Source: Dehalococcoidia bacterium
Lineage (GTDB): Bacteria; Chloroflexota; Dehalococcoidia; Lucifugimonadales; UBA1123
Assembly (NCBI GenBank): GCA_965207355.1
Contig: OZ242284.1
Span: 40,992-104,991, forward strand
Length of the DNA: 64,000 nucleotides
Reading direction: 5' to 3'
A model generated the notes under the pieces. The model was not told the DNA's origin. It was given only the letters and a program-made list of their open reading frames with translations, and did not search any database. The position numbers and the translations under genes were made by a program. This document shows, one piece after another, positions 1 to 8,466 of this stretch. Each line of letters opens with the position of its first letter. Within the stretch, counting starts at the first letter, position 1.

Positions 1-292
1 TTGGTGACTCGTCGTGCACATGACTCAATTTCATTGTATCCTTCACTATTTAACTTCAATTGAAGTTTCATGTGTGTACAGTTATCACAACCCTCAAGAT
101 TATTCAGAGCGTCAGAGTGCTGTTCTACATACTCACCCATCTTCTCTATCTGTTCGAAACCAATCTCTCTGGAGTAATATTGCATATATTCTCTCCGTGC
201 TGTACTTTGCGTTTCCCTTATACAGAAAGTGTCAAGTAAGGTATGTAATTCCATATGTAATGCCCATCCGGTAAATCCTGATTCAGACAAAT

Positions 293-796
293 TCACTCAA
301 TCTCTAACTGATCGCCGTCGAAAGCAATCGAGCGCCCGCCGTGTCTGAGGACTGCTCGCCCGAAGTGCCGCAACTCCGTCCGTAGTTCATTCAGCCTGCG
401 GTCCGATTCGGTATCAGACCTCGGCGCGCCCGACCCGCTTGACATCGCTCCCCACAGGTCGCGCTGCGGCATCCGCTTCAGCAGCTTGCCGAAGTTCGCC
501 ATGAACGCCTCGAAGGCCCGCGCGGACAGTTCCGGCATCGGAGCGTCGTCCTCCGGGTCGGCGAAGTATAGCTCGAATACAATCTCGGTCTCGCCCGACG
601 TTACGGCGTCCAGCAGCAAAACGGGCTGCGGCTGCCCTCCGAAAAGCGACTCACCTCCCTCCACGCCTCGCGCGAAGTCCCGCAGTGCCGCCTGTATCAC
701 CCTGAGCGTCGAGGACACATAGGACACGGGCAAGGAATTTGCGTCCAGCGCCAGAGTGAGCCGGTATTCTGTTCGTTTTTCGCTGTCAGCGGTCAT
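293..796 (-). CDS. hypothetical protein (167 aa), no recognisable family
   Basis: Intact ORF in track with GC-rich codon usage like its neighbours. Purine-rich GAGGGG lies a few nt upstream of the ATG at 796. No motif I can assign. Confidence 0.45.
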   Translation of the reverse strand: MTADSEKRTEYRLTLALDANSLPVSYVSSTLRVIQAALRDFARGVEGGESLFGGQPQPVLLLDAVTSGETEIVFELYFADPEDDAPMPELSARAFEAFMANFGKLLKRMPQRDLWGAMSSGSGAPRSDTESDRRLNELRTELRHFGRAVLRHGGRSIAFDGDQLEIE

Positions 797-840
797 CCGC
801 CCCTCGTTAAATGTCTTCGCCTCGTCAAATGTATGTTGAA

Positions 841-881
841 AATCCCCTCTCCCTCAGGGAGAGGGCTAGGGTGAGGGTGAA
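841..881 (+). repeat. REP-like palindromic intergenic element, family A
   Basis: 'aatcccctctccctcagggagagggctagggtgagggtgaa'. A 9-bp stem ccctctccc/gggagaggg closes a 3-nt loop. Near-identical copies lie at 11165, 12282, 20098 and 21070. Confidence 0.9.
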
Positions 882-930
882 CGACGCGATTTGGTCATTT
901 CCGCTCACACACCGTTACTGCAGGCCGGCA

Positions 931-2793
931 TTATCTCAGCACCCTCACGTCCCCGACTCGCCGCGTGACCCGCACGTGGTCAAGATGGTCCATCAGCGCG
1001 AGCGCGTACTTGCGACTCGTTCCCAGAAGATCGCGCACGTCCGCCACTGTGATTTCCCCGTTCCGGTTGAGGTACTCCGATATCCTATCAACCATCTCAC
1101 CGTAGGCCGAAGCGGAAAAGACCACGCTCTCGCTCACTTTTACAACCTGCCCCCTCTCGTCCAGCAGGTTCACCACTTCCGGGTCTATCACGATGTCTGT
1201 GGGCGGCGAGAACGGATCGGAATCAAGTTGGCCCAGGTAGTCGTCAACCATCTCGCGCTGCGCGTCCCCAATGCTGGGTGTATGGTCCGGCAGGCGCGCC
1301 GTCGAGCCATCCTCGACCGTAACGCCGCTCTCGTTCAGAATCCTCAGAACGTCGTTGAACACCTGTGGGGACAGTTTCAGACGGGAGCGAAGCTCCTCCT
1401 TGGGTGGACCGGCGCGCAGCGGATACTGGTCGTGATAGTCTCCCAGCGCGGAGCGCGTCCGTTTGGTGAGCGAGCTCCAGCCCTGAGCCGTGTAGAACCT
1501 GGTCGCGCGGTTGATGCCGCCGCTGCCAAGCGCGATAACCCCGCCGTCCGAGACCATCCGCTCAAGCTCCGCCCTCGCCGTATCCGCGTTCATGTTCGCT
1601 CGGTTGACCATTGCCCCGAACTCCGCCGGCTCCAGGCCCTCGATAGTCTTCAGCAGCACCTCCCGGTCGTCCCCGCGCTCCATGATCTCCAGACGCTCGA
1701 TGGTCGGCCTGTGACGCCTGCGAGGGCGTGGAGCGTGCGTGTCCACTATGTTGCCGCCGCCCAGCGTGGTCATATTCGAGCGGATGACGAAGTAGTCCCC
1801 CTTGGCCACGGCTATCGGATTGTCCAGCTTGAGCTGCGCCCATGCGCTGTCGCCGGGGATTACGCTGTCCTCCTCGAACAGCCGCAGCCGCGCAACCGAC
1901 TCGCTCGACCCGGTATGCACAGTCACGAACATATTGTGCCTGAGCGGGTTCGGAGCGTCCGACAGCACGCGCAGGCGAACGTCGAATGCGGTCGTGGGAC
2001 GCAGCCAGCGGGGAAGCGTCAGCACCTCGCCGCGCGAAATCTCGTCGTGTGATACACCTATCAGGTTGGCGGCCACACGTGTGCCGGGCTCCGCGCGGTC
2101 CACCTTGCTCTTGTGTGTCTGGATACCGCGAATGCGGGTGCTCTGTCCCGAAACGGTCAGTTCCACGTCCTGGCCGATATCCAAGTATCCGTCTATCAGC
2201 GTGCCGGTCACCACCGTGCCGAAGCCCGTTATCGTGAAGGATCGGTCTATCGGCAGACGGGGCCGACCGAGGTCGCGCTTGGCCGGGATGTCGCTCAGCA
2301 TCGCTTCGATGGCCGCAACGAGCTCCGGCAGACCCTCGCCCGTCTGCGCCGACACGGGAATGATGGACGCGCCCTCCAGCACAGTGCCTCCAAGCGTGTC
2401 CTCCACGTCGGCGGTCACCAGCTCTATCCACTCCTCGTCAACCAGGTCGCGCTTGGTGAGCGCGACCAGCCCCCTGGGTATCTGGAGAAGGTCCAGGATG
2501 GCGAGGTGTTCGCGCGTCTGCGGCATCACCGACTCGTCCGCCGCCACCACCAGCATCGCCAGGTCAATTCCGCCCACACCGGCCAGCATATTGTTCACGA
2601 ACCGCTCATGCCCGGGGACGTCCACGATGCTAATCTCGTTGCCGCTCGGCAGTTCCAGCCAGGCGAACCCCAGGTCTATCGTCAGCCCGCGCTCCTTCTC
2701 CTCCGCCAGGCGGTCCGGGTCTATCCCCGTCAGCGCCTGGACGAGAGTGGACTTGCCGTGGTCAACGTGGCCTGCCGTGCCAACAACGAACAT
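931..2793 (-). CDS. selB: selenocysteine-specific translation elongation factor SelB
   Basis: 620 aa. GTPase motifs [17 protein letters not shown] and TKRD, followed by a long winged-helix-type C-terminal half ending '...[12 protein letters not shown]', typical of SelB. Confidence 0.88.
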   Translation of the reverse strand: MFVVGTAGHVDHGKSTLVQALTGIDPDRLAEEKERGLTIDLGFAWLELPSGNEISIVDVPGHERFVNNMLAGVGGIDLAMLVVAADESVMPQTREHLAILDLLQIPRGLVALTKRDLVDEEWIELVTADVEDTLGGTVLEGASIIPVSAQTGEGLPELVAAIEAMLSDIPAKRDLGRPRLPIDRSFTITGFGTVVTGTLIDGYLDIGQDVELTVSGQSTRIRGIQTHKSKVDRAEPGTRVAANLIGVSHDEISRGEVLTLPRWLRPTTAFDVRLRVLSDAPNPLRHNMFVTVHTGSSESVARLRLFEEDSVIPGDSAWAQLKLDNPIAVAKGDYFVIRSNMTTLGGGNIVDTHAPRPRRRHRPTIERLEIMERGDDREVLLKTIEGLEPAEFGAMVNRANMNADTARAELERMVSDGGVIALGSGGINRATRFYTAQGWSSLTKRTRSALGDYHDQYPLRAGPPKEELRSRLKLSPQVFNDVLRILNESGVTVEDGSTARLPDHTPSIGDAQREMVDDYLGQLDSDPFSPPTDIVIDPEVVNLLDERGQVVKVSESVVFSASAYGEMVDRISEYLNRNGEITVADVRDLLGTSRKYALALMDHLDHVRVTRRVGDVRVLR

Positions 2794-2922
2794 GAGCTAT
2801 ACCTTCTCAGGATGGTTGGTACGGTCTAGGATAACACAGTGGTCGCGCGCGATTACGGCCTTCGGTTATAGGTATTTTTTCACACCCTGGTTGTCCAATA
2901 ATCCAGTCGTCAAGACCCCTTC

Positions 2923-3017
2923 CGTCGTTCCCGCGAAAGCATGTCCTCGTGAAAACGGGGAGAGACCTTTGCGCGACAATCGTCATGCCCGCGAAAGCGG
3001 GCATCCAGGGGCGGGGG
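2923..3017. repeat. REP-like elements, family C (two adjacent copies)
   Basis: 'gtcgttcccgcgaaagc...' and 'cgtcatgcccgcgaaagcgggcatccaggggcggggg', with an 8-bp stem atgcccgc/gcgggcat. Related copy at 4723-4782. Confidence 0.8.
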
Positions 3018-3075
3018 TGGGGTGTGTCCAGCTTGGGATTGCCGACTCCCCGCACCCACTCGGACTACCATATCC

Positions 3076-3107
3076 GAGTTTCGCGAAGTCTCCGAAGGCG
3101 GGAACCC
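3076..3107 (+). repeat. direct repeat copy 1 (family C-related)
   Basis: 'gagtttcgcgaagtctccgaaggcgggaaccc', repeated almost exactly at 3188-3220. Confidence 0.85.
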
Positions 3108-3187
3108 AGAATGGGGTGGATGGTGTGAGCAGCTATGAATTTCATGGATTCACACACCCATCCAGCCCTTCAAATCGAAGTGAAAGC

Positions 3188-3220
3188 GAGTTTCGCGAAG
3201 GTCTCCGAAGGCGGGAACCC
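3188..3220 (+). repeat. direct repeat copy 2 (family C-related)
   Basis: 'gagtttcgcgaaggtctccgaaggcgggaaccc', one inserted g relative to 3076-3107. Confidence 0.85.
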
Positions 3221-3374
3221 CGAAGAGGCCCGCCGCTCGGTAATCCTGCTTCGGACCGAGACTTTCTGAAGTTCTCAGTTCAGCGAGCTTCTTGATGAAC
3301 TGAGTGATGCCCTGATAGGGTATCGTATCTATGATGCTTGGCAGCGCAAGTTGGGAGCACAAAGGAGTGGGGCG

Positions 3375-3575
3375 ATGACAACCGTTTCCGAACTACAGCA
3401 GGCTATACTGGAACTGTCCGAGGACGACTACTCCGAGCTGCGCCGCTGGCTGCTCGATCAGGAGTGGGAACGATGGGAGAGGGAATTCGACGAGGACGTA
3501 AGGGCCGGCAAGCTAGATGATTTGGCATCCCAGGCATTGGAAGCCAAGGCAAGAGGCAACCTGAAGGATCTATAA
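3375..3575 (+). CDS. putative antitoxin of a RelE/ParE-type type II TA pair
   Basis: 66 aa counted from 'MTTVSELQQAILELSEDDY...', with AAGGAG 6-7 nt upstream of the ATG at 3375. Acidic protein with an 'EWERWEREFDEDVRAGKLDDLASQAL' pattern. Its stop abuts the toxin start. Confidence 0.6.
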   Translation: MTTVSELQQAILELSEDDYSELRRWLLDQEWERWEREFDEDVRAGKLDDLASQALEAKARGNLKDL

Positions 3576-3830
3576 TTGCACAGGGCAGACCCGCATTTCT
3601 GGCGGCGATTCGAGGAGTTGCCTCCCACAGTGCAACGGATAGCTCGTCGAAACTTCGATCTATTAAAAGGGAATCCTAGGCATCCGTCTTTGAGATTCCG
3701 AAATGTTGGACGCTACTGGTCTGCGCGAGTGGGTGCTGCCCATAGAGCGGTCGCATTCAAATATGGCGACGACTTCATCTGGTTCTGGGTCGGCGACCAC
3801 GACGAGTATCTGAGGGTTATTCGTGGGTAG
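3576..3830 (+). CDS. RelE/ParE-family toxin
   Basis: 84 aa. 'F..LKGNPRHPSLRFRNVGRYWSARVGAAHRAVAF..GDDFIWFWVGDHDEY' matches the usual RelE/ParE/HigB-like signature. TTG start immediately after the antitoxin TAA. Confidence 0.7.
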   Translation: MHRADPHFWRRFEELPPTVQRIARRNFDLLKGNPRHPSLRFRNVGRYWSARVGAAHRAVAFKYGDDFIWFWVGDHDEYLRVIRG

Positions 3831-3990
3831 TACACGCTCCACAGTTTCTTCATCGAGGAACTCAAAGAAGAAACTGACTACCCCTACGAGGAACCTTGAT
3901 CACTGGATACCAAAAACTGACAACTAACAACTTCATAGTCCCTCGCAATTGTATTAGAATGAGTTCAACTCCAACACGCGGGCGCGGGGA

Positions 3991-4695
3991 ATGTCGTCTA
4001 TCAGGGACCTATACGACCTTCAGCTTCTCGACTGGGACATCCAGAATCGCGAGGTGGAGTTGGCCGACATCCGCGCGAAATTGGCCGACGACTCCATGAG
4101 GCTGAACGCTAGGCGTCAACTCGATGCGCTCGAAAACAAGATGGCTGGGCTCGCCAGGCCCAGGAGACAGACCGAGAACACCGTCGAGGACATCGAGCGG
4201 AGGATAGCGGATATCGAAAGCCGGCTATACGACGGATCGGTCACCAATCCCCGGGAACTGGAGGCATACCAGGAAGAGCGAACAAACCTGACGCAGAATC
4301 GCGGCGAGGCTGAGGACAGGCTGCTCGAGATTATGATCGAGAGCGACGACACGCAGGCCCTTCTGGACAAGGCAAGGGAACTGTTCGAGCGCATAGACGA
4401 CGAGCGTACCCGAGAGGTAGCGAGTCTCCGGTCTCGACATGCCGAGGTCTCCTCCGAACTTCCCGACTTCATCGAACGCAGGGGGGAATTGGTGTCGGAG
4501 CACGCCCCGATGACCCTTGCCATCTACGAACAGGTGAGGCAGCTCAGGGGCGGACAGGGCGCGGCCCTCGTTGACAGGCGCGGCCTGTGCCAGGGGTGCA
4601 GGCTAGTCATACCCACCACCGAACTCCAGAAAGTGCGCGCCGGAGACCAGATAGTCCAGTGTGGAAGCTGCTCCCGAATCCTGATCCTCGAATGA
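3991..4695 (+). CDS. zinc-ribbon/coiled-coil protein (COG1579 / DUF164-like)
   Basis: 234 aa. Long coiled coil, then a C4 ribbon 'CQGCRLVIP...QCGSCSRIL'. Confidence 0.7.
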   Translation: MSSIRDLYDLQLLDWDIQNREVELADIRAKLADDSMRLNARRQLDALENKMAGLARPRRQTENTVEDIERRIADIESRLYDGSVTNPRELEAYQEERTNLTQNRGEAEDRLLEIMIESDDTQALLDKARELFERIDDERTREVASLRSRHAEVSSELPDFIERRGELVSEHAPMTLAIYEQVRQLRGGQGAALVDRRGLCQGCRLVIPTTELQKVRAGDQIVQCGSCSRILILE

Positions 4696-4722
4696 AACCA
4701 CAGAAATCAACCACTCACGAAC

Positions 4723-4782
4723 CGTCATTCCCGCGCTCCCTACTCGTCATTCCCGCGAAGGCGGGAATCCAGGGGCTGGGGG
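4723..4782 (+). repeat. REP-like element, family C (half copy plus full copy)
   Basis: 'cgtcattcccgcgctccctactcgtcattcccgcgaaggcgggaatccaggggctggggg', with stem ttcccgc/gcgggaa. Confidence 0.85.
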
Positions 4783-4848
4783 CAGTCTGAACATATCAAA
4801 ACCAACTGGACGGAGTGCTAATAACAACTAATAACTAAAGACTAAGAC

Positions 4849-6207
4849 ATGAGAGCGCTGGGATACTACAGAACTGACGCCCCTACCGTAGGCGAAGAAA
4901 ACGGCAAGTCGCAGCAGGAATTCGAGTCCGAGTTCCAGGACTACTGCTACGTCAACCTCCACCAGCCGGTGGAGATCTTTGGCGACCTGTCGCAATCCGA
5001 TGATGGCAAGTACCCTGAGTACGAAAGACTAGTCGGCTACATAAGAGATTCCGGCTCGGAGTTTTTGGTCACCGTGCCGGACGCCACACACCTGGGTGGC
5101 GATCTGGAAGCGGTGGCGCGTGCCTTCCTGTCCCTGGAGAACATGGGAAGCAAGGTCTCCTGCCAGGACGACGATATGCCCGACCCGCTCCAGAACGCTC
5201 TGGTTACCCTCGGCGCGCCGGGTGCGTCCAGAGAGCGCAGCGAGAAAATCCGAATGTCCATGCAGAACAGGGCGCTCAGGGGGAAGGGGTTGGGCAGGCC
5301 GCCCTACGGCTACCGCAATGGCGAGGACGGTACACTTGAGATCGTTAAAGACGAGTCCCCCGTCGTGGAGCTCATCTTCCGGCTGTACACCAGGGACAGG
5401 ATGGGCATGAGACTCATCGTCCAGCACCTGAACGAGCGCGGGATAACCACGCGCAGGGGTGGAAACTGGAACGTCGTCAGCATAAGGGACATCCTGAAGA
5501 ACACGGTATATATCGGCACCTACACGCGCTTCGGGCTGCGACTGCCCGGAAGCCACGAGGCGATCATCCCGCGCGACGTGTTCCGCGAGGCCCAGGACAT
5601 CGTGAGAGAGCGGCGTCCGCTTGGCAGGGTGTCGCGCCCGGAGCCGTACCTCCTGTCCGGCATCGCCTTCTGCGAGTCCTGCGGCAACAAGATGATGGGT
5701 GTGACCCGCCGGCAGCTATGGCGCAACAAGGACGGTAATCGCAGCCGTGCCACATATCGCTACTACCAGTGCCAGTCCCGCAATAACCAGAGCGTCTGCG
5801 GGTATCACACCTGGCGCGAGGCCGACCTGGAGGGCGCGGTACTCGCCCAGATTCCGCTCGCTATCGAGATGAGGGCGCTCCGCAAGCTCGCTTATCGGAA
5901 CGGGGGAGACAAGTCCGAACAGGCCCTGAAGAAGATATGGGAAGAGAGGGTCAGGAACGCCGAGCGCAGGTTCTCCCAGACCCTTCGCAAGACTGCCTCC
6001 GGCGCGCTCAAGACCGACCAGCTCGAACGCGCTCTCGCCGAACTGGACAAGGCCAGGACGCTGGCCGAGAAGTCCGACCAGCCCGTGGACGTGAGCGATA
6101 TGCTGGAGAAGTGGGGCGAACGCGACTTCGATGAGAAGCGCGACTTCCTGCTGACACACGTCGCCCGCGTCGAAGTCAGCGACCACATGGCCCGCATCGT
6201 AGCGTGA
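4849..6207 (+). CDS. large serine recombinase homolog, apparently catalytically inactive
   Basis: 452 aa. Resolvase-like N-terminus, recombinase domain ('GRPPYGYR', 'VVELIFRLY', 'IVQHLNERGITTRRGGNWN..SIRDILKN..YIG'), zinc ribbon ('CESCGNKM...YYQCQ') and a C-terminal coiled coil. The N-terminus reads 'MRALGYYRTD', with Asp where the nucleophilic Ser normally sits. Confidence 0.8.
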   Translation: MRALGYYRTDAPTVGEENGKSQQEFESEFQDYCYVNLHQPVEIFGDLSQSDDGKYPEYERLVGYIRDSGSEFLVTVPDATHLGGDLEAVARAFLSLENMGSKVSCQDDDMPDPLQNALVTLGAPGASRERSEKIRMSMQNRALRGKGLGRPPYGYRNGEDGTLEIVKDESPVVELIFRLYTRDRMGMRLIVQHLNERGITTRRGGNWNVVSIRDILKNTVYIGTYTRFGLRLPGSHEAIIPRDVFREAQDIVRERRPLGRVSRPEPYLLSGIAFCESCGNKMMGVTRRQLWRNKDGNRSRATYRYYQCQSRNNQSVCGYHTWREADLEGAVLAQIPLAIEMRALRKLAYRNGGDKSEQALKKIWEERVRNAERRFSQTLRKTASGALKTDQLERALAELDKARTLAEKSDQPVDVSDMLEKWGERDFDEKRDFLLTHVARVEVSDHMARIVA

Positions 6208-6220
6208 GTGGAGAACTCCA

Positions 6221-7309
6221 TTGGCGTTAGCCCTTATACCACGCGCATACGAGTCCCTGCTCAGGCCGCTGCTGTTCACCCTGCCGCCCGAAAAGGCTCA
6301 GAAGGTCGCGGACCGCGCCCTCAAGATGTGGCCGCTCTGGAAAGCGGCTGCACAGGTCGGCAGCTTCACGTCGCCCAGGATCGAGACCAGGGTCGGCGGA
6401 CTCGCGCTCAAGAATCCTGTGGGCCTCGCTGCCGGATACGACAAGAACTGCGAGCTGCTTCCCGGCCTCGCCGCGCTTGGGTTCGGATATGTGACATGCG
6501 GCACGGTAACGCTGGAGCCGCGTCCGGGAAACCCGGGAACTCGCCTTCTGAGAGACGAGTCGCGCCATGCCCTGATCAACGCGCTCGGATTTCCGGGCCT
6601 CGGACTCGATGCTGCTGCTGAGAGAATATCGGCGGACAGGCCACTGGTCGGCAATACCCCTGTCGTGGTCAGCGTGTCCGGCGCCGACATCGAGGACATA
6701 GCCACGTGCCACAGGACGATGGAGCCGCTCGCCGACGCCATTGAGGTCAATATAAGCTCGCCCAACACCGCCAACCTGAGAGTGTTCCACTATCCCGACG
6801 TCCTTGGCGAACTGCTGGACGAGCTCAACGAGTCCAGGACGAGGCCGCTCTTCGTAAAACTGCCGCCTTTCCCGTCACATGAGGACGACCCAAAGCGCCA
6901 CGACCTCGCTTTATCACTCGCGGATGTGTGCGCTTCCAAATATGTGGACGCGCTTACGGTAGCCAACACCCAGCCCGTGCAGGACGAACGGCTCGGAGTC
7001 GGTACGGGAGGCTTGAGTGGCAGGCCCGTCTTCGGACAAATGTTGCGAATGGTCCGCCAAGTACGGGATAGAGTGGGCAATTACACGGCTATCAATGCGT
7101 CGGGTGGAATATTCAACGCCTGGGACGCATGGCAGGCCTTGTTGGCGGGAGCGGACAGTGTCCAGGTAATGACTGGCTTCGTTTACAGGGGCCCCGGAAT
7201 CCCTCGAGACATCAGCGTGGGACTGGATAGGATGGCCGCGCTGCAAGGGCTGGACTCGGTCCGATCAGTCGGTCGCAGGGCTAGCGCAGGACCGGCGGCC
7301 AATGCCTGA
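6221..7309 (+). CDS. pyrD: dihydroorotate dehydrogenase (quinone-type, class 2)
   Basis: 362 aa. 'NPVGLAAGYDKN', 'GTVTLEPRPGNPGTRL', 'NALGFPG', 'NISSPNT', 'GGLSGRP'. Confidence 0.85.
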   Translation: MALALIPRAYESLLRPLLFTLPPEKAQKVADRALKMWPLWKAAAQVGSFTSPRIETRVGGLALKNPVGLAAGYDKNCELLPGLAALGFGYVTCGTVTLEPRPGNPGTRLLRDESRHALINALGFPGLGLDAAAERISADRPLVGNTPVVVSVSGADIEDIATCHRTMEPLADAIEVNISSPNTANLRVFHYPDVLGELLDELNESRTRPLFVKLPPFPSHEDDPKRHDLALSLADVCASKYVDALTVANTQPVQDERLGVGTGGLSGRPVFGQMLRMVRQVRDRVGNYTAINASGGIFNAWDAWQALLAGADSVQVMTGFVYRGPGIPRDISVGLDRMAALQGLDSVRSVGRRASAGPAANA

Positions 7310-8051
7310 ATACAAGGCCCTTATTCTCGACTTGGACGGCACTCTGATCGGGCCCGACGAACTCATATCCCCGAGGGTGGCGAACGCCGTCCGCGAGGTC
7401 GCGGCGAAGATAGGCGTCTCGATAGCGACTGGCAGAGAGACCGGGGACGTCCTGAAGTATGGGCGTGAACTCGGCCTCACCTGGCCCCAGATCTCCGACA
7501 ACGGCGCGCAGATAATTGACCCCACAAGCGGCGACAGCCTATGGAGCGCGCTGCTGGGCGAAGAACTGTCACGCAGAGCCATGCAGCCCATCATCGAGAG
7601 CGGCTGCGAGTTCTTCGCCACCCACGCAGGCGGCACCATAACCGACCTGGCAAAGCTGGACACATGGGAGCTTACACGTGTATCGGCGCTCGACCTGGAT
7701 GAGGCAGACGCGGACGCAATGCTCGAAAGCATGTCCGACGAAAGTGGCCTGGACATGGTCAAAGTCTGGCTGCCCTACAACCGCCTGTGGGCGGTGGACT
7801 TCACCCGCAGCGGTATCAACAAGGGCAGTGCGCTGCACGTTCTGTGCAATATGTCAGGAATCACGCCATCGCACACCATCGCCGTAGGCGACAGCTTCAA
7901 CGACCTGCCCCTCATGGAAACCGCCGGCCTCGGCATTGCCATGGGCAACGCTCCCAGCGAGGTGCGGAACGCCGCGAAACATGTGGTCCCGCCCGTAGAA
8001 GAGGACGGCCTGGCCCACGCCATAGAGCTGCATATCCTCCCGCTGCTCTAG
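7302..8051 (+). CDS. HAD-IIB (Cof-type) phosphatase
   Basis: 249 aa. 'LILDLDGTL' motif I and 'GDSFNDLPLMETAGLGIAMGNA' motif IV. Confidence 0.8.
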   Translation: MPEYKALILDLDGTLIGPDELISPRVANAVREVAAKIGVSIATGRETGDVLKYGRELGLTWPQISDNGAQIIDPTSGDSLWSALLGEELSRRAMQPIIESGCEFFATHAGGTITDLAKLDTWELTRVSALDLDEADADAMLESMSDESGLDMVKVWLPYNRLWAVDFTRSGINKGSALHVLCNMSGITPSHTIAVGDSFNDLPLMETAGLGIAMGNAPSEVRNAAKHVVPPVEEDGLAHAIELHILPLL

Positions 8052-8197
8052 CTCTGGGGAAGGCGATTCTATACTGCGCGTTGACTTCTTCGGTGGGAAC
8101 TACAGAACAGACATGGTAAACTCAATGGTGACACGTATCACTATTTCATTAGTGTCAAAGGATCAGTACAAAGTCCGGCTAGCTGAAAGGACGCCTT

Positions 8198-8395
8198 ATG
8201 GAAGTAACCTTGGATGGGTCCATCATTGCGGTCATTGGTGTAGGGATCGCTTTGGCTGGACTAATGTGGAATCTTCATCGAGATACCAAGAGTCGCATCG
8301 TAAACTTGGAAGATCGTATGCAGGCTGTTGAAACAGGCCTTGCTCGCCTGGAAGGGTACATAGCCGGAGTAAGTCGCCCGCAGACCCCAGACTAA
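8198..8395 (+). CDS. small membrane/coiled-coil protein (65 aa), hypothetical
   Basis: One predicted TM helix 'IIAVIGVGIALAGLMW'. A strong terminator follows directly at 8421-8456. Confidence 0.4.
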   Translation: MEVTLDGSIIAVIGVGIALAGLMWNLHRDTKSRIVNLEDRMQAVETGLARLEGYIAGVSRPQTPD

Positions 8396-8420
8396 CGTGG
8401 GCGATAACCTTGGTACTTAG

Positions 8421-8456
8421 AATCTCCTGTACCATTTCGGTACAGGAGATTTTATT
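8421..8456 (+). terminator. rho-independent terminator between convergent genes
   Basis: Perfect 13-bp stem aatctcctgtacc/ggtacaggagatt, loop 'atttc', then 'tttattt'. Confidence 0.8.
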
Positions 8457-8466
8457 TCACGGAAGC

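Noticed and set aside
811-3295. Long + strand ORFs (811-2052, 413 aa; 1802-3295, 497 aa) opposite selB
   Set aside because: These are antisense shadow ORFs of a well-supported GC-rich gene. The translations are Arg/Pro/Ser-rich low-complexity sequences with no motifs, and their ends run through REP elements.
4849-6207. Prophage or integrative element associated with the serine-recombinase-like gene
   Set aside because: I could see no phage, conjugation or cargo genes, no flanking direct repeats and no composition shift. The catalytic residues are also missing, so I treat it as a domesticated or inactive homolog.
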